NCBI GenBank assembly: GCA_043811535.1
Contig: JBDRNC010000035.1
Span: forward strand, 32,001-96,000
Length of the DNA: 64,000 bases
Source: Elusimicrobiota bacterium
GTDB taxonomy: Bacteria; Elusimicrobiota; Endomicrobiia; Endomicrobiales; JBDRNC01
Reading direction: 5' to 3'
Under the pieces are notes generated by a model. That model was not told the origin of the DNA and made no database searches. It worked only from the letters and a program-made list of their open reading frames with translations. The position numbers and the translations under genes are program-made. Below, piece by piece: positions 38,423 through 49,199 of the stretch. The number at the start of each line of letters is the position of its first letter. Within the stretch, counting starts at the first letter, position 1.

Positions 38423-40384
38423 ATGATAGCCAAACTGTTGTTAACTGTCCCGCTCGGCATTGTGCTTATGAATGTCTTCGGGATGTTCAGCGTCCGCAGC
38501 ATACCCGTAGCGGTAGCCCTATATTACCTCGTATTCATATTCCTTCCGGGTTATTTCCTTTTCAGGTATTTCCAGGGCGGTATGAAAATAAACAGGCTTG
38601 AAGCGGTGCCGGTTTCGTTCGTATCGGGCTATGTATTCATGCTTCCGTTCTCGCTCGCCGCGTATTTTTTGAAGATGCCGCTACAGACGTTCATCTATCT
38701 TTATTCGGCTGCCGTATCCGCCTGGGTTCTTTTCCACCTGTTCGCCGCAAAAAACGCGCAGGGACTGAAAATGGAGAAAATCAATGCCGGCCCGGGTAAA
38801 ATAGCTATTTTGGTCCTGTGCGCTGCGGCGGGTTTTTTTGCGGCTGATTATTTTGGCGGGTTTACAAGCGGAAATTTTCTAGTGCACGCCGGAATTATCA
38901 GGAAAATGGTTTCACTCGGGGTCATAGTGAATCATTCCTGTTATTTCGCGGACAACAACCTCAACGCGAATATGTTCAGTTCCTACTACATATTCCTTTC
39001 AATGGCGGCGCGGCTTACAGGCGCCGATCCTGTGAGAATGTGGATTTATCTCCCGCAGCTCATCGTCCCGCTGGCTCTAATCGCCAACTTCTGTTTCGTC
39101 AGAAGACTTTTCGGCTCCGTAAATATAGCCCTTGCATACTCGCTGCTGTATTCCGTGTATTTCTTTTTTTACAATCCTACTCCGCCGGCTGACGGCTACG
39201 CGTGGTATTTGTCCGAACTGGCCGCCTGCAATAACCACATAGCGGAACAGATATTCATTCCCGTGATACTGATGGTGCTTTTTTATTACATCAGGAAGGA
39301 CAGTAATGAACAAGGTGGCAATAGGACTCTGATATTCCTTCCGTTGATGCTTCTCGCGCAGGGTACGGTCCATATGTATGTCCAGGGGCAGACCCACTTC
39401 ATTATTTACTCGCTGCTTTTCTGGGCGCTCATAACAAGACCCGGCTTCATCGATAACGGGAAACTGCTGAAATCCGCGCTTGTATCATCCGCCGCGCTGG
39501 TATTCGTGGCTTATCTTTTCGCGCTGATGAACCCGAACATCAATCCTGCTTATAAAATCCTGAACGGCACCGGCGGGTCGCTGCCGATAGAAATACTGGG
39601 GAAATGGCAGATAGTCGATTTTAAAAGAGTAGTTCTGGAAGATCCGATGATTTTAGCGGGTACTGTAATGGCCGTATTCGCGTTGTTTTACGCGAAATAC
39701 GACATGCCGGCTTTTTATATTTTCGCGCTGTTCATCAACGTGTCTTTTATCATCTATAACCCGTATATCATGAAAATCGCTTCGTACGTCCATCCTCCGC
39801 TGGAAAGGGTAACGAGGCTGAATGTCATTGTCCCGTTCCTGGCCGCCTCGTTATACCCGTTGTCTCTTTTTTACGGACGGGAAAGCTCTGCACGGGCTTT
39901 TTCGCCGCGGATCAAGACGGCCATCGTCGTATTTCTCGTGCTGACGGTTGTATTACTAGTAAAAGAATCTCCCAAAAGGCTTTCACAGGTGGTCTATACG
40001 AAACAGTATTCGCTTGAGCAGCTTGATAGAAACGAAAGCTTCTATGGGGCCATCCGGAACGCCGTTCCGCCAGAATCGGTTGTCATGGTCAACCTGCCTT
40101 TAACAACCTGGTGGACGACCTATTTTCCTCATTACATAGTCGCGCATTATTTTGATTTTGTACTTCCTCCTAACGTAAATCAGACCAAAAGGAAGGAAGA
40201 CGTTAATCGTTTCTATTCAAGCGCTCTGGACGGAAAATCGGAGCAGATTCTCAGGACCTACGGCGTCGATTACGTGTTTTTCCTGGCTGCTGAAGCAAAG
40301 GGTAAAAACATAGAAGGTTCAGGCTACCTAATGCCCGTGCTTTCGAACAATATGTTTATCATCTGTAAAACGGAGTTAAAATGA
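38423..40384 (+). CDS. Large polytopic membrane protein, GT-C-like architecture
   Basis: More than 12 hydrophobic segments plus a soluble C-terminus ending ILRTYGVDYVF; flanked by GTs; family not firmly recognised. Confidence 0.6.
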   Translation: MIAKLLLTVPLGIVLMNVFGMFSVRSIPVAVALYYLVFIFLPGYFLFRYFQGGMKINRLEAVPVSFVSGYVFMLPFSLAAYFLKMPLQTFIYLYSAAVSAWVLFHLFAAKNAQGLKMEKINAGPGKIAILVLCAAAGFFAADYFGGFTSGNFLVHAGIIRKMVSLGVIVNHSCYFADNNLNANMFSSYYIFLSMAARLTGADPVRMWIYLPQLIVPLALIANFCFVRRLFGSVNIALAYSLLYSVYFFFYNPTPPADGYAWYLSELAACNNHIAEQIFIPVILMVLFYYIRKDSNEQGGNRTLIFLPLMLLAQGTVHMYVQGQTHFIIYSLLFWALITRPGFIDNGKLLKSALVSSAALVFVAYLFALMNPNINPAYKILNGTGGSLPIEILGKWQIVDFKRVVLEDPMILAGTVMAVFALFYAKYDMPAFYIFALFINVSFIIYNPYIMKIASYVHPPLERVTRLNVIVPFLAASLYPLSLFYGRESSARAFSPRIKTAIVVFLVLTVVLLVKESPKRLSQVVYTKQYSLEQLDRNESFYGAIRNAVPPESVVMVNLPLTTWWTTYFPHYIVAHYFDFVLPPNVNQTKRKEDVNRFYSSALDGKSEQILRTYGVDYVFFLAAEAKGKNIEGSGYLMPVLSNNMFIICKTELK

Positions 40385-41361
40385 GCGGAAAATTTATTTC
40401 TGTCATAATCCCGGCGCATAACGCCGAGAAAACGATAATAAAATGCGCCGAAAGCCTGATGGGACTGGATTATCCGGATTATGAGGTAATTATCGTGAAC
40501 GATGGGTCTACGGACGGCACGGCCGCGGCTTTGAAGGATTTCGAAGGTAGCGAAAGGCTTAAAGTCCTTAATCAGGAGAAATCGGGCCCTTCAGTCGCGA
40601 GAAACAGGGCGATAATGCAGGCGAAAGGGGATTTTATAGCCTTTACCGACGCGGATTGCAAGGTTGATAAAAACTGGCTTAACGAGCTGCTGAAAGGATT
40701 TGAAGTCGCAAATCCGTACAGGATCATGGGTGCCGGCGGCGATCAACTCAGCCCGGAAGACGATACGGATTTTGGGAAACAATTGAACGATTTTCTAAGG
40801 AATATTGGTTTTTTATCGGATTACATCAAAACCAGCACAGGAACGCCGTCGATAACCGCCACGGAACATAATCCCACGTGCAACGCTATGTACAGGAAGG
40901 AAGTATTTGACAAGGTGGGTTATTTTCAGGAAGACCTGTGGCCCGGCGAAGACGTTGAACTGGACTACAGGATAAAGAAATCCGGATTTCAGCTTATGTT
41001 CAATCCGGCAGCCATTGTATATCATTACAGGCCCGAGAACGCATCCAAATACAGGAAGATGATGTTCAGGTACGGCAATGTCCAGGCGCTGCTTGTCAGG
41101 AAATACGGATTTTTCAGAAAAATCCAGTATGTTCCGTTTATTCTCATATTTCTGATACTCACTCTTATGCTCGCGAGCATAGTCAGCCTTCTTTCGGTTA
41201 TTGAATTGCTGGCGCTGCAGCTTTTTCTGTTCGCAGTTTCATTCTATATAAACACGAAAAACGCGAAGAAAGCGCCCGTCTATCTCTATCTGTTCGTCCA
41301 GACGATCCTGGCGTGGAACGCGGGATTCGCTGCGGGGATATTCTCAAAGAAGAAAATATGA
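40381..41361 (+). CDS. Glycosyltransferase family 2 with C-terminal TM helices
   Basis: VIIPAHNAE, VNDGSTD, AFTDADC, GEDVELDYR. Confidence 0.9.
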   Translation: MSGKFISVIIPAHNAEKTIIKCAESLMGLDYPDYEVIIVNDGSTDGTAAALKDFEGSERLKVLNQEKSGPSVARNRAIMQAKGDFIAFTDADCKVDKNWLNELLKGFEVANPYRIMGAGGDQLSPEDDTDFGKQLNDFLRNIGFLSDYIKTSTGTPSITATEHNPTCNAMYRKEVFDKVGYFQEDLWPGEDVELDYRIKKSGFQLMFNPAAIVYHYRPENASKYRKMMFRYGNVQALLVRKYGFFRKIQYVPFILIFLILTLMLASIVSLLSVIELLALQLFLFAVSFYINTKNAKKAPVYLYLFVQTILAWNAGFAAGIFSKKKI

Positions 41362-42794
41362 AAACATTGCTGATATATCCTCCCAGGGAAAATTATATTT
41401 TCGGCGTAACGCCGCATGTTTACATTGAGGCTGACGCCGGGAATTATCCTCCCATAGGAATGCTCTATATCGCCGCCTGTCTTGAAAAGGCCGGCGTCTG
41501 TAACGTTGAAGTTCTTGACGCTTACACCGAAGGTCTTTCACATGAAGACGTAAGAAATCGCATAGCGGCGTCCGCCCCCGACGTAGTAGGCGTTTATTTC
41601 TCGACTTATTATCTCGTTGACGCGCTAAAAACGGCGGAAAACGCTAAAAAGGCGAATCCTGCTGCCTTTGTCGTGGCAGGCGGGCCGCATACCGCGCTTT
41701 ACCCGTCGGAAACGGCGGCGGTTCCCTGCATTGATTGTGTTCTTGTCGGCGAAGCGGAAGAGAGTTTTGTCGAGCTGGTAAAACTTCTCAGGGAAGGAAG
41801 TCGCTCGGAAGTGCAGAACATCGCCGGCGCTGTGACGAAAGGCACTCCTTCCGGAAAGTGCGCTCAGCTCGGAAGGATTGAAGAACTCGATAGACTTCCG
41901 TTTCCCGCGAGACGCCTGATAGATTATTCAAAATATAAATCGATCCTTACTAAAAGCAACCCAATAACTACGGTCATTACCTCGCGCGGCTGTCCTTTTA
42001 ATTGCTTTTTCTGCTCAAATCAGGAAAGCGGGAAGAAAGTCAGGTACCGCTCGGCGGGGAACGTGGTCGACGAACTAGAATCCCTGGTTCAAGAGTATGG
42101 TATAAGGGATTTTCTGTTTTTTGACGAGCTTTTCACTTCGAACAAGATAAGGACCATGCAGATATGCGATGAGATAATCAGCAGGGGGCTGAAGATCAGA
42201 TGGCATTGCAGGAGCCGGGTAGACGTTTTGGACGAAGAAATGGTGAAAAAGATGAAGAGCGCCGGCTGCAGGCTCATCCAGTTCGGGATAGAGACCGGCA
42301 ACCAGCGCCTGCAGGAGCTTATAAACAAGAAATTGAACCTTGAAAAAGTCAGGGAAACCGTCTCCATGGTTTATGCCAGCGGGATCCTGACATACGCTGA
42401 TTTCATGTTCGGGCTTCCCACGGAAACCGATGATGAAATGAGGCATACTCTTCAATACGCCAAATCACTTAAACTTGATTACATTGCGTTCGGCATGTTC
42501 CATCCGATACCGGGCAGCATTTTCTACGACCAGGGCATCAAAGAGAAAAAATTTGAAGACTTCTGGCTGAAATACGTGAAGGACCAGAGCTACGTTATTG
42601 AAGATCATTCATGGACAGGCAAGGACAGGGAACGCCATCATCTGTTCGTCGCTGACGCATACAGGAGTTTTTATCTTAGGCCGAGTTACATGGCAGGAAG
42701 ACTGCTGAGAATGGATTCGCTTCCGCAGCTTATATGGCAGTTGAAATCTGCGGTAAGAGTCTTTTATAACCTTATTCTGAAAAGATTTCGTTAA
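41358..42794 (+). CDS. Cobalamin-binding radical SAM enzyme
   Basis: PPIGMLYIAA, VAGGPH, GEAE, TSRGCPFNCFFC, FFDELF, FGIETG; ATGA overlap start. Confidence 0.9.
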   Translation: MKTLLIYPPRENYIFGVTPHVYIEADAGNYPPIGMLYIAACLEKAGVCNVEVLDAYTEGLSHEDVRNRIAASAPDVVGVYFSTYYLVDALKTAENAKKANPAAFVVAGGPHTALYPSETAAVPCIDCVLVGEAEESFVELVKLLREGSRSEVQNIAGAVTKGTPSGKCAQLGRIEELDRLPFPARRLIDYSKYKSILTKSNPITTVITSRGCPFNCFFCSNQESGKKVRYRSAGNVVDELESLVQEYGIRDFLFFDELFTSNKIRTMQICDEIISRGLKIRWHCRSRVDVLDEEMVKKMKSAGCRLIQFGIETGNQRLQELINKKLNLEKVRETVSMVYASGILTYADFMFGLPTETDDEMRHTLQYAKSLKLDYIAFGMFHPIPGSIFYDQGIKEKKFEDFWLKYVKDQSYVIEDHSWTGKDRERHHLFVADAYRSFYLRPSYMAGRLLRMDSLPQLIWQLKSAVRVFYNLILKRFR

Positions 42795-42813
42795 GCTACA
42801 GGAGAATTATCAA

Positions 42814-44232
42814 GTGAAAATAGCGTTTATTGATCCGCCGGGTGACGTATCGGGTTTCAACACGGGACTGGGGTATCTTTCCGGGGTTTTACGGAAACTA
42901 AACCACGAAGTACGCGTTGTGGATCTGAATAACGATCCTTCCGATGCGGGTGACAGACTTTTTAAACTTGCCGCCTGGAACCCTGAGATAGTCGGCATTT
43001 CACTTAAGACAAACGCGGTCAGGGCGTCAAAGGGGATTGCGGATCTTTTTAAGAACGGCAAGACCAAAATAATAGCAGGCGGGCCGGGCGTTACCTGTGA
43101 AGGCGCGAAGTTCATTGAAGAAAATAAGGAGTATGACGCGTGTTTTTTAGGCGAGGCCGAAAACACGATCGCGCGGTTCATTGACTTTTGCGGCGGGCGG
43201 GCGGGCGGGCTTCCCCTGGAAGGGGTATGCGTGAGGCATGGTGCGGAAACCTTATGCGGAGAAATGACCCTGACGGCCGACATTGACAGCCTGCCGTATC
43301 CTGACTATTCTGTCTTTGACACGGCCGGGTTAATCTCGGGGAAATACCCCTTAGTCACAAGCCGCGGATGCCCGTATAACTGCACATACTGTTCCGTCAA
43401 TAAAATAAGCGGCGTGCAATGGAGAAAACGCGCTCCTGAAAATGTAGTGAATGAATTGATAGAAGCAAAAAAGCGATACAACATAAGCGGTTTTGACATA
43501 GCCGACGACAATTTCACGATGGATATAGAACGCGCTAAAAAGATATGCAGCTTGCTGATAGATTCCGGACTCGGGTTGAAATGGAGCTGCATAAACGGTA
43601 TACGCGCGGACAGGGTTGATGAGGAACTCCTCGCGCTAATGAAGAAGTCGGGATGCGGAGTGGTATGGTTCGGCATAGAAAGCATGACTGAGGAGTTATT
43701 CAACTCGATAAAGAAAGGCGAGAAACTCCAGTCTGTAATAAACGCCGTCAAAATGGCGAAAAACGCGGGAATATCCGTATGCGGATTCTTCATTGCGGGA
43801 CTTCCGGGAAGCACGTATTCAAAAGACATGGAAGGCCTTAAGAAGTCAAAAACGCTTGGGCTGGATGAGGCCCTTTGGAGCCTGGCGACACCGTACCCGC
43901 ACACTGAATTATGGGATTGGTCAGAAAAGAACGCCAAATGGCTCTGCGATTACAGGGACGTGAGTTTTTTCAAGCTGTCAAAACCTGTGATCGAGACCGC
44001 GGATTATACCGGCAAGGAAAGAATGAAAATGTTCTACAAGGGCAATCTCGCCGGCTTTTCATACAGCTGTTTCTTTCCCAAAAGAATAAAACTCTCGCAT
44101 TTCCTTAATTTCATCGCATGCATGATAAAATATGACTTCGTGAATATAGGCTTGCACATAAAGAAGATACTATTCAATAAGTACCACAGAAAATACGTCA
44201 AAGAGGCACTCAAGAGACTACGCCTGAAATAA
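42814..44232 (+). CDS. Cobalamin-binding radical SAM enzyme
   Basis: GLGYLSG, IAGGPG, GEAE, TSRGCPYNCTYC, ADDNF, FGIES, TPYPHT. Confidence 0.9.
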   Translation: MKIAFIDPPGDVSGFNTGLGYLSGVLRKLNHEVRVVDLNNDPSDAGDRLFKLAAWNPEIVGISLKTNAVRASKGIADLFKNGKTKIIAGGPGVTCEGAKFIEENKEYDACFLGEAENTIARFIDFCGGRAGGLPLEGVCVRHGAETLCGEMTLTADIDSLPYPDYSVFDTAGLISGKYPLVTSRGCPYNCTYCSVNKISGVQWRKRAPENVVNELIEAKKRYNISGFDIADDNFTMDIERAKKICSLLIDSGLGLKWSCINGIRADRVDEELLALMKKSGCGVVWFGIESMTEELFNSIKKGEKLQSVINAVKMAKNAGISVCGFFIAGLPGSTYSKDMEGLKKSKTLGLDEALWSLATPYPHTELWDWSEKNAKWLCDYRDVSFFKLSKPVIETADYTGKERMKMFYKGNLAGFSYSCFFPKRIKLSHFLNFIACMIKYDFVNIGLHIKKILFNKYHRKYVKEALKRLRLK

Positions 44233-44236
44233 AAAC

Positions 44237-44316
44237 GATTACACAGATTCTCGACGAAGATTCCACAGATTACATGCACTTTAATCCGTGAAATCTTTTC
44301 TGAAATCCGTGTAATC
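44237..44316. repeat. GATTACACAGATT-type inverted repeat element
   Basis: GATTACACAGATT..GATTCCACAGATT ... AATCCGTGAAATC..AATCCGTGTAATC; same family at 58060-58155. Confidence 0.75.
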
Positions 44317-44347
44317 AAGAGGATAGGGACTTTTTTTCGATCTAAAA

Positions 44348-45616
44348 ATGAAAATAGCATTTATCGCTAATTATCTGCGGGGTTATCATTCCCATGCCGG
44401 CGGCGCCGAAAAGGCTATTCAGCAAACGGCTGAACTTGCGCAAAAGAAGGGGAACGAGGTGTTTTTTGTGACGCTGCCCTTCGACGGGGAACAGGATGCC
44501 GAAAGTTTTTCGGGCGCCGTTTACGGAGTACCGGTGACAGAGACGGTATTCCCGTTCCTGAAGAAATACATAGAGATATTGAAGTGGTACCTGTCCCAGT
44601 TTGATCCAGTAAGCTATTTTTCGATCCTTAAGTTATTAAAAAGAGAAAAACCGGATATAGTGCATCTGGGCAATTTCCAGTTCCTGACCTTCAGCGCCGT
44701 ATCGGCGGCAAAAAAGCTTGGAATACCGGTTATCCTGTCTGTATACGACTACTGGTATTTCTGCCCGTCAACGTCGCTGTTCGATAAAAAGAACAGGATA
44801 TGCAGGGATTTTCACGGCGCGAGATGCGTAGGATGCCTTCCCTCTGAATTCAGCATCATCCAGTCGGCGCTTCTTTTCTTCAGAAAAATGGTTTTTGACC
44901 GTTTTCTCGGAAAAATTGACAGGTTCATCGCGTTGTCCTGGTCTTCCGCGGACATAATAAGATCCTACGGCATAGGGAAAGAAAGGATAGAAACGATAAG
45001 GCTGCCTTTTGTCCGGCCTGAATGGCGGAATTGGGAACCCGCGGGAGCCGGCGGAGAATACATTCTTTTCACGGGCTGGCTTCAAACGCGCAAAGGTCTC
45101 CATGTCTTGCTGGACGCAATGCCAAAGATATGGAAGCGAATGCCCGCTATCATGCTGCGCGTCCTTGCACAGAAGGTCAAGTGGGAAAAAGACTACGAAG
45201 AGCTCATAGAATCAAAACTGAAAACGCTTCCTGCCGACAAAATTGTATTCGAGCTTGGAGCAAAAAACAAAGCCGATGTTAACGGGTTTATACACGGGGC
45301 TGCGGTCGTCGCGGTGCCGGAGCAATGGGAGAACATGTCGCCGCTGATAGTGATTGAATCGATGTCTCTTTCAAAAGCTGTTGTGGCCAGCGATATCGGG
45401 GGGATACCCGAGCTTGTAGAACACGAAAAAACCGGATTGCTTTCAAAAACGGGCGATGCATCGGACCTTGCGGAAAATATCCTGCGTTTTCTTGAAGACA
45501 AGCAATTCGCCGATGAATGCGGAAAAAGAGCGAAACAGAAAGCGATGGAATTATTCGATCCGGCGGCAATAGCGGATTCTATCAATGAGGAGTACCTAAA
45601 GTGGAAAAAGCGGTGA
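44348..45616 (+). CDS. Glycosyltransferase family 4
   Basis: GGAEK, YDYWYFCP....ICRDFHGARCVGC Cys cluster, ENMSPLIVIES (EX7E-like), SDIGGIPELV. Confidence 0.88.
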   Translation: MKIAFIANYLRGYHSHAGGAEKAIQQTAELAQKKGNEVFFVTLPFDGEQDAESFSGAVYGVPVTETVFPFLKKYIEILKWYLSQFDPVSYFSILKLLKREKPDIVHLGNFQFLTFSAVSAAKKLGIPVILSVYDYWYFCPSTSLFDKKNRICRDFHGARCVGCLPSEFSIIQSALLFFRKMVFDRFLGKIDRFIALSWSSADIIRSYGIGKERIETIRLPFVRPEWRNWEPAGAGGEYILFTGWLQTRKGLHVLLDAMPKIWKRMPAIMLRVLAQKVKWEKDYEELIESKLKTLPADKIVFELGAKNKADVNGFIHGAAVVAVPEQWENMSPLIVIESMSLSKAVVASDIGGIPELVEHEKTGLLSKTGDASDLAENILRFLEDKQFADECGKRAKQKAMELFDPAAIADSINEEYLKWKKR

Positions 45617-46347
45617 TTCTCGCGGGCGGCAGAGGCGTAAGGTTCGGCACGATGTCCGAAGAACTGCCGAAGCCGATGGCGGCCATAGAGGGCAAACCGA
45701 TACTGCACTACATCATTTCAATCCTCAGGAGTATGGGACTGAAGCAGCTCTACATAATAGTCGGCTATAAAAAAGAGATTGTTATAGATTATTTCGGCCA
45801 GGGAAGAGAGTACGGTCTCAATATCGAATATTTGGACAACAGCGGCGTGAACGACCCCAAGAAGAACGGGCTAAGCGATGCCGTGCTTCTTCTGAAGAAC
45901 GTCATCAACGAGCCTTTCTTAACGATACTTGGTGATGAGATATACGCCGGGACGAAACACGGCGCGATGCTTAAGGAGTTTGAGAAAAACGAGGAATGCG
46001 AATCGATGATAGCGGTTCACAGGACTGCGAATCCCGAGGAGGTCAGGAAGAATTACGCCGTGAAAGTAGACACTTCGTGGAACATAACGGACCTTGAGGA
46101 AAAACCCAAAACGCCGTGGAACGATCTTATCGGTTGCGGCACATATATTTTCAGGGAATCAATATTCCGCTATATTGAGCAGACATCTGTTTCGGAAAGA
46201 AGCAGGCGCAAGGAACTGGCGGACACACTCAAGTGCATTATAAACGATAAAAAGATCGTAAGGGCCTTTGAGATCGGCGGGAAATACCTTAACATAAATT
46301 TCGCTGAAGACATGTTAACCGCCCGGAAGATCATAGTAGGAAAATAG
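45601..46347 (+). CDS. Sugar-phosphate nucleotidyltransferase (NTP_transferase family)
   Basis: AVILAGGRGVRF......PKPM, ILGDE, LEEKP. Confidence 0.88.
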   Translation: MEKAVILAGGRGVRFGTMSEELPKPMAAIEGKPILHYIISILRSMGLKQLYIIVGYKKEIVIDYFGQGREYGLNIEYLDNSGVNDPKKNGLSDAVLLLKNVINEPFLTILGDEIYAGTKHGAMLKEFEKNEECESMIAVHRTANPEEVRKNYAVKVDTSWNITDLEEKPKTPWNDLIGCGTYIFRESIFRYIEQTSVSERSRRKELADTLKCIINDKKIVRAFEIGGKYLNINFAEDMLTARKIIVGK

Positions 46348-46348
46348 A

Positions 46349-46521
46349 CGCGTCAATCCCCTATCGGGGATTTCGTACCCTGACGGGTACTTCGATTTAA
46401 TTAAGTCAAGGTTGGTCGCATAAGGCAATTTAGTAGAAACGCTTAAGAATACGTGCCCAATCCCCCTTCGGGGGATTTCGCATAAGGCAAGTTAGTAGAA
46501 ACGCTTAATGTGCTCAAGGAG
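46349..46521 (+). repeat. Hairpin-module repeat cluster ending in an RBS
   Basis: 31-bp TCGCATAAGGCAA(T/G)TTAGTAGAAACGCTTAA at 46416 and 46478 (62-bp period), three hairpins, terminal GTGCTCAAGGAGG. Confidence 0.88.
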
Positions 46522-46527
46522 GGAACG

Positions 46528-47658
46528 TTGGAAATTCTGGATAAAAGAAGGATCAGGTTATTGTCAATGATCTGGTCAAGAATGAAGTATATACTCTTCT
46601 ATGTTTCAAGGCTTGATTTCGTATCCGCTTACAACTACCTTTGGGTGTCAATGTTCACGCGCGACGCCGGGCTGGGTCTTGCTGACTGGATATACCGCAT
46701 AAATCCTTTCTGGGCGCCGCATCCCAAAACGATGGAAGTTGAGGTCACAACAAGATGCCACCTGAAATGTCTGATATGCGAGCACACTTACTGGAAAGAA
46801 CCGCCGAGGGATATGTCGTTTGATGAGTTTAAAAGGGTCGTCGATCAGTTCCCCGGATTGAAATGGATAGGGCTAACCGGAATCGGCTCATCATTTTTGA
46901 ACAAGGATTTCCTCAAGATACTCTCCTATTTGAAGTCAAGGAATGTTTTTGTAGAGTTTTTCGACACGTTTGACCTGATAAACGAACAGACGGCCGACGA
47001 AATCGTGAGAATCGGCGTCGATAAGATATGGGTTTCCATGGACGCCGCAACGAAAGAAACCTATGAAAAGATACGCGTCGGGGCTTCTTTTGATAAGTCA
47101 ATAAATAACATTAAGGGGCTCTTCCGCGCCAAGCAAAAGTACAAAACTCCGGTGCCGGAGATATGGTTCCACTATATAATCAATAAATCGAACGTAACTG
47201 AAATGCCGCAGTACGTGGACCTTGTGGACGGCATCATAAGGGAGACAAACACGAATTACGCGACGCTTATATATTACACTGCCCTTCTGAAATTCAAAGA
47301 GGTCTCGGAACTGCTTCCGGATATTCCCGGAGACCTCAAAGAGATAGTCCTGGCCAAGGCCGAGAAGAAAGATATTTTCGTGAACTGGAACGAAAACGTC
47401 ACGTGTGACAAGCCGATATGCGACTGCACAAAATGGGTGGAGCCTTTCGTGCTGGTGACGGGGCACGTTCAGCCGTGCTGTGCGATAAACATGGCCAACG
47501 ACAGGGATTTTCAGAAACAGCACAGCTGGGGGAACCTTCTCAGCGAGAATTTCAGGGATATATGGAAGTCGCAGAAAGTCGTGGAATTCAAAAAGATGAT
47601 ACACGCCAGTAAATTCCCGACCGTATGCAAGAACTGCAGGATATATAAAAAATCTTAA
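46528..47658 (+). CDS. Radical SAM enzyme with SPASM/twitch domain
   Basis: TTRCHLKCLIC; C-terminal DCTKW...GHVQPCC...WGNL...FRDIWKS...CKNC; TTG 46528 follows GGAGG (ORF track starts at GTG 46510 inside the repeat). Confidence 0.88.
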   Translation: MEILDKRRIRLLSMIWSRMKYILFYVSRLDFVSAYNYLWVSMFTRDAGLGLADWIYRINPFWAPHPKTMEVEVTTRCHLKCLICEHTYWKEPPRDMSFDEFKRVVDQFPGLKWIGLTGIGSSFLNKDFLKILSYLKSRNVFVEFFDTFDLINEQTADEIVRIGVDKIWVSMDAATKETYEKIRVGASFDKSINNIKGLFRAKQKYKTPVPEIWFHYIINKSNVTEMPQYVDLVDGIIRETNTNYATLIYYTALLKFKEVSELLPDIPGDLKEIVLAKAEKKDIFVNWNENVTCDKPICDCTKWVEPFVLVTGHVQPCCAINMANDRDFQKQHSWGNLLSENFRDIWKSQKVVEFKKMIHASKFPTVCKNCRIYKKS

Positions 47659-47674
47659 CGGAACGGCAAACGCG

Positions 47675-49177
47675 ATGCCTTCGCAAAAAACGAAAAAAGT
47701 ATACCTGATATACACGTGCAATAACCCGCTGTACCCGTACTTTCCGAGCTCTTCCCTGTCTCTGGCGGGAGTCCTGCTCAAGTCCGGCTACTCGCCCGTG
47801 ATCATAGACAGCGAGCTTGAGGACTGGAGGAAGTACGATTTATCCGACGCTCTCTGTGTCTGCGTGAGCACGTTTACGGGGCCGTGGCTCGGTTCCGCGC
47901 TTAAGATAACCGCCGAGATCAAGAGGAAATATCCGGGAATTAAGGTATTCTGGGGCGGGCCGCATTCCATAGCCCTTCCCGAAGTAACGGCGAAGCACCC
48001 GCTGATAGATGCCGTATGCCATACCGAAGGCGAGAACGTAATAACCGGCCTTGTAAACGCGGTCTATGGCGGTACCGAAGATTACTCGGGCATCAAGGGC
48101 ATTATTTTCAGGGATAAGTCAGGCAGGATTGTACAGAACGAGCCGCCTGAGGTTGTGGATCTGGACACGCTTGACCTGCCGCCCTACGGACTGCTGAACC
48201 TGAAGCTTTATTCGGTAAAACACGGAAGGATATATTACCAGAGCAGCAGGGGATGCCCCTACAGGTGCAGGTTCTGCGTCTGCGAGAACAGGACTAAATG
48301 GCGCGGCATGTCCCCGGAAAAGGTTATCTCGGATTTCAAAAAAATAGAGGAGCTGTTCGCGCCGGAAGAGATACAGGTATTCGACGGAAATTTCTTCGCA
48401 AACCCCGAGAGAGTAAGAAAGATACTCTCTTTGAAGGTGCAAAACGGCATAGACTTCAATTGGAGCGCCTACTGCAGGTTCGACACTGTCGCGAGGTTTT
48501 CCGACCGGGACCTTGAACTGCTGAAACAGTCAAAATGCACGGAACTTAAGTTCGGGGGAGAATCGGCTTCTCCAAAAATCCTGAAGTATATAGACAAGGA
48601 AACAAAACCCGAGTGGATAGCTGAAGGCGTGAGGAGAACGATGAAGCATGGCATAATACCCACGCTTTCGTTTATGACCGGGTTCCCCGTTGAAACGGAG
48701 GCTGACCTCAATATCACGCTTGACACGATAAATTCGCTCAAAAAAGAATTCCCTGCCATAGAAATAAACGGTCTTTTCATGCTTCAGCACCTGCCGAACA
48801 CTCCTCTGACGCAGGAAGTGATAGAAAAATACGGCATCAGGCAGCCCGATACGCTTGAAAAATGGGTCACGCACCACATGACATGGACCACGCGCAGCGA
48901 TTATCCTTGGATGACTGACCGCGAGTATTCTTTAAGGAAAACCCTTTCCTCTATAATCGGCTACCAGTATGTTTCCGATGTGCTTACGAGGATGTCGGAA
49001 AGCCAGAGGAAAGGAACGATACTGCGCTCAAAGCTGCTGTTCGGCTTATTCAGGCTGACGGACATGATAGTAAGAAATATATTCATACCGCTGAGATGGG
49101 ATAGAAGGATCGTGTTTTTACCTGTTGAGTGGCGGATATGGGACTTCATAAGGAAGCAGGTGCTGAGGACAGCATGA
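47675..49177 (+). CDS. Cobalamin-binding radical SAM enzyme
   Basis: FWGGPH, EGE, SSRGCPYRCRFC, FDGNFF, FGGES, TGFPVET. Confidence 0.88.
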   Translation: MPSQKTKKVYLIYTCNNPLYPYFPSSSLSLAGVLLKSGYSPVIIDSELEDWRKYDLSDALCVCVSTFTGPWLGSALKITAEIKRKYPGIKVFWGGPHSIALPEVTAKHPLIDAVCHTEGENVITGLVNAVYGGTEDYSGIKGIIFRDKSGRIVQNEPPEVVDLDTLDLPPYGLLNLKLYSVKHGRIYYQSSRGCPYRCRFCVCENRTKWRGMSPEKVISDFKKIEELFAPEEIQVFDGNFFANPERVRKILSLKVQNGIDFNWSAYCRFDTVARFSDRDLELLKQSKCTELKFGGESASPKILKYIDKETKPEWIAEGVRRTMKHGIIPTLSFMTGFPVETEADLNITLDTINSLKKEFPAIEINGLFMLQHLPNTPLTQEVIEKYGIRQPDTLEKWVTHHMTWTTRSDYPWMTDREYSLRKTLSSIIGYQYVSDVLTRMSESQRKGTILRSKLLFGLFRLTDMIVRNIFIPLRWDRRIVFLPVEWRIWDFIRKQVLRTA

Positions 49178-49199
49178 ATTACGGCGGAGGAAATCTGAT

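Noticed and set aside
46416..46508. 31-bp direct repeats with a 31-bp spacer resembling a mini CRISPR array (also 12239-12355)
   Set aside because: Only two units; the 'spacer' is itself a conserved hairpin found at other loci; no cas genes
46349..46521. Integron attC-like sites between cluster genes
   Set aside because: No RYYYAAC...GTTRRRY boundaries, no integrase, and the same repeats sit beside housekeeping genes
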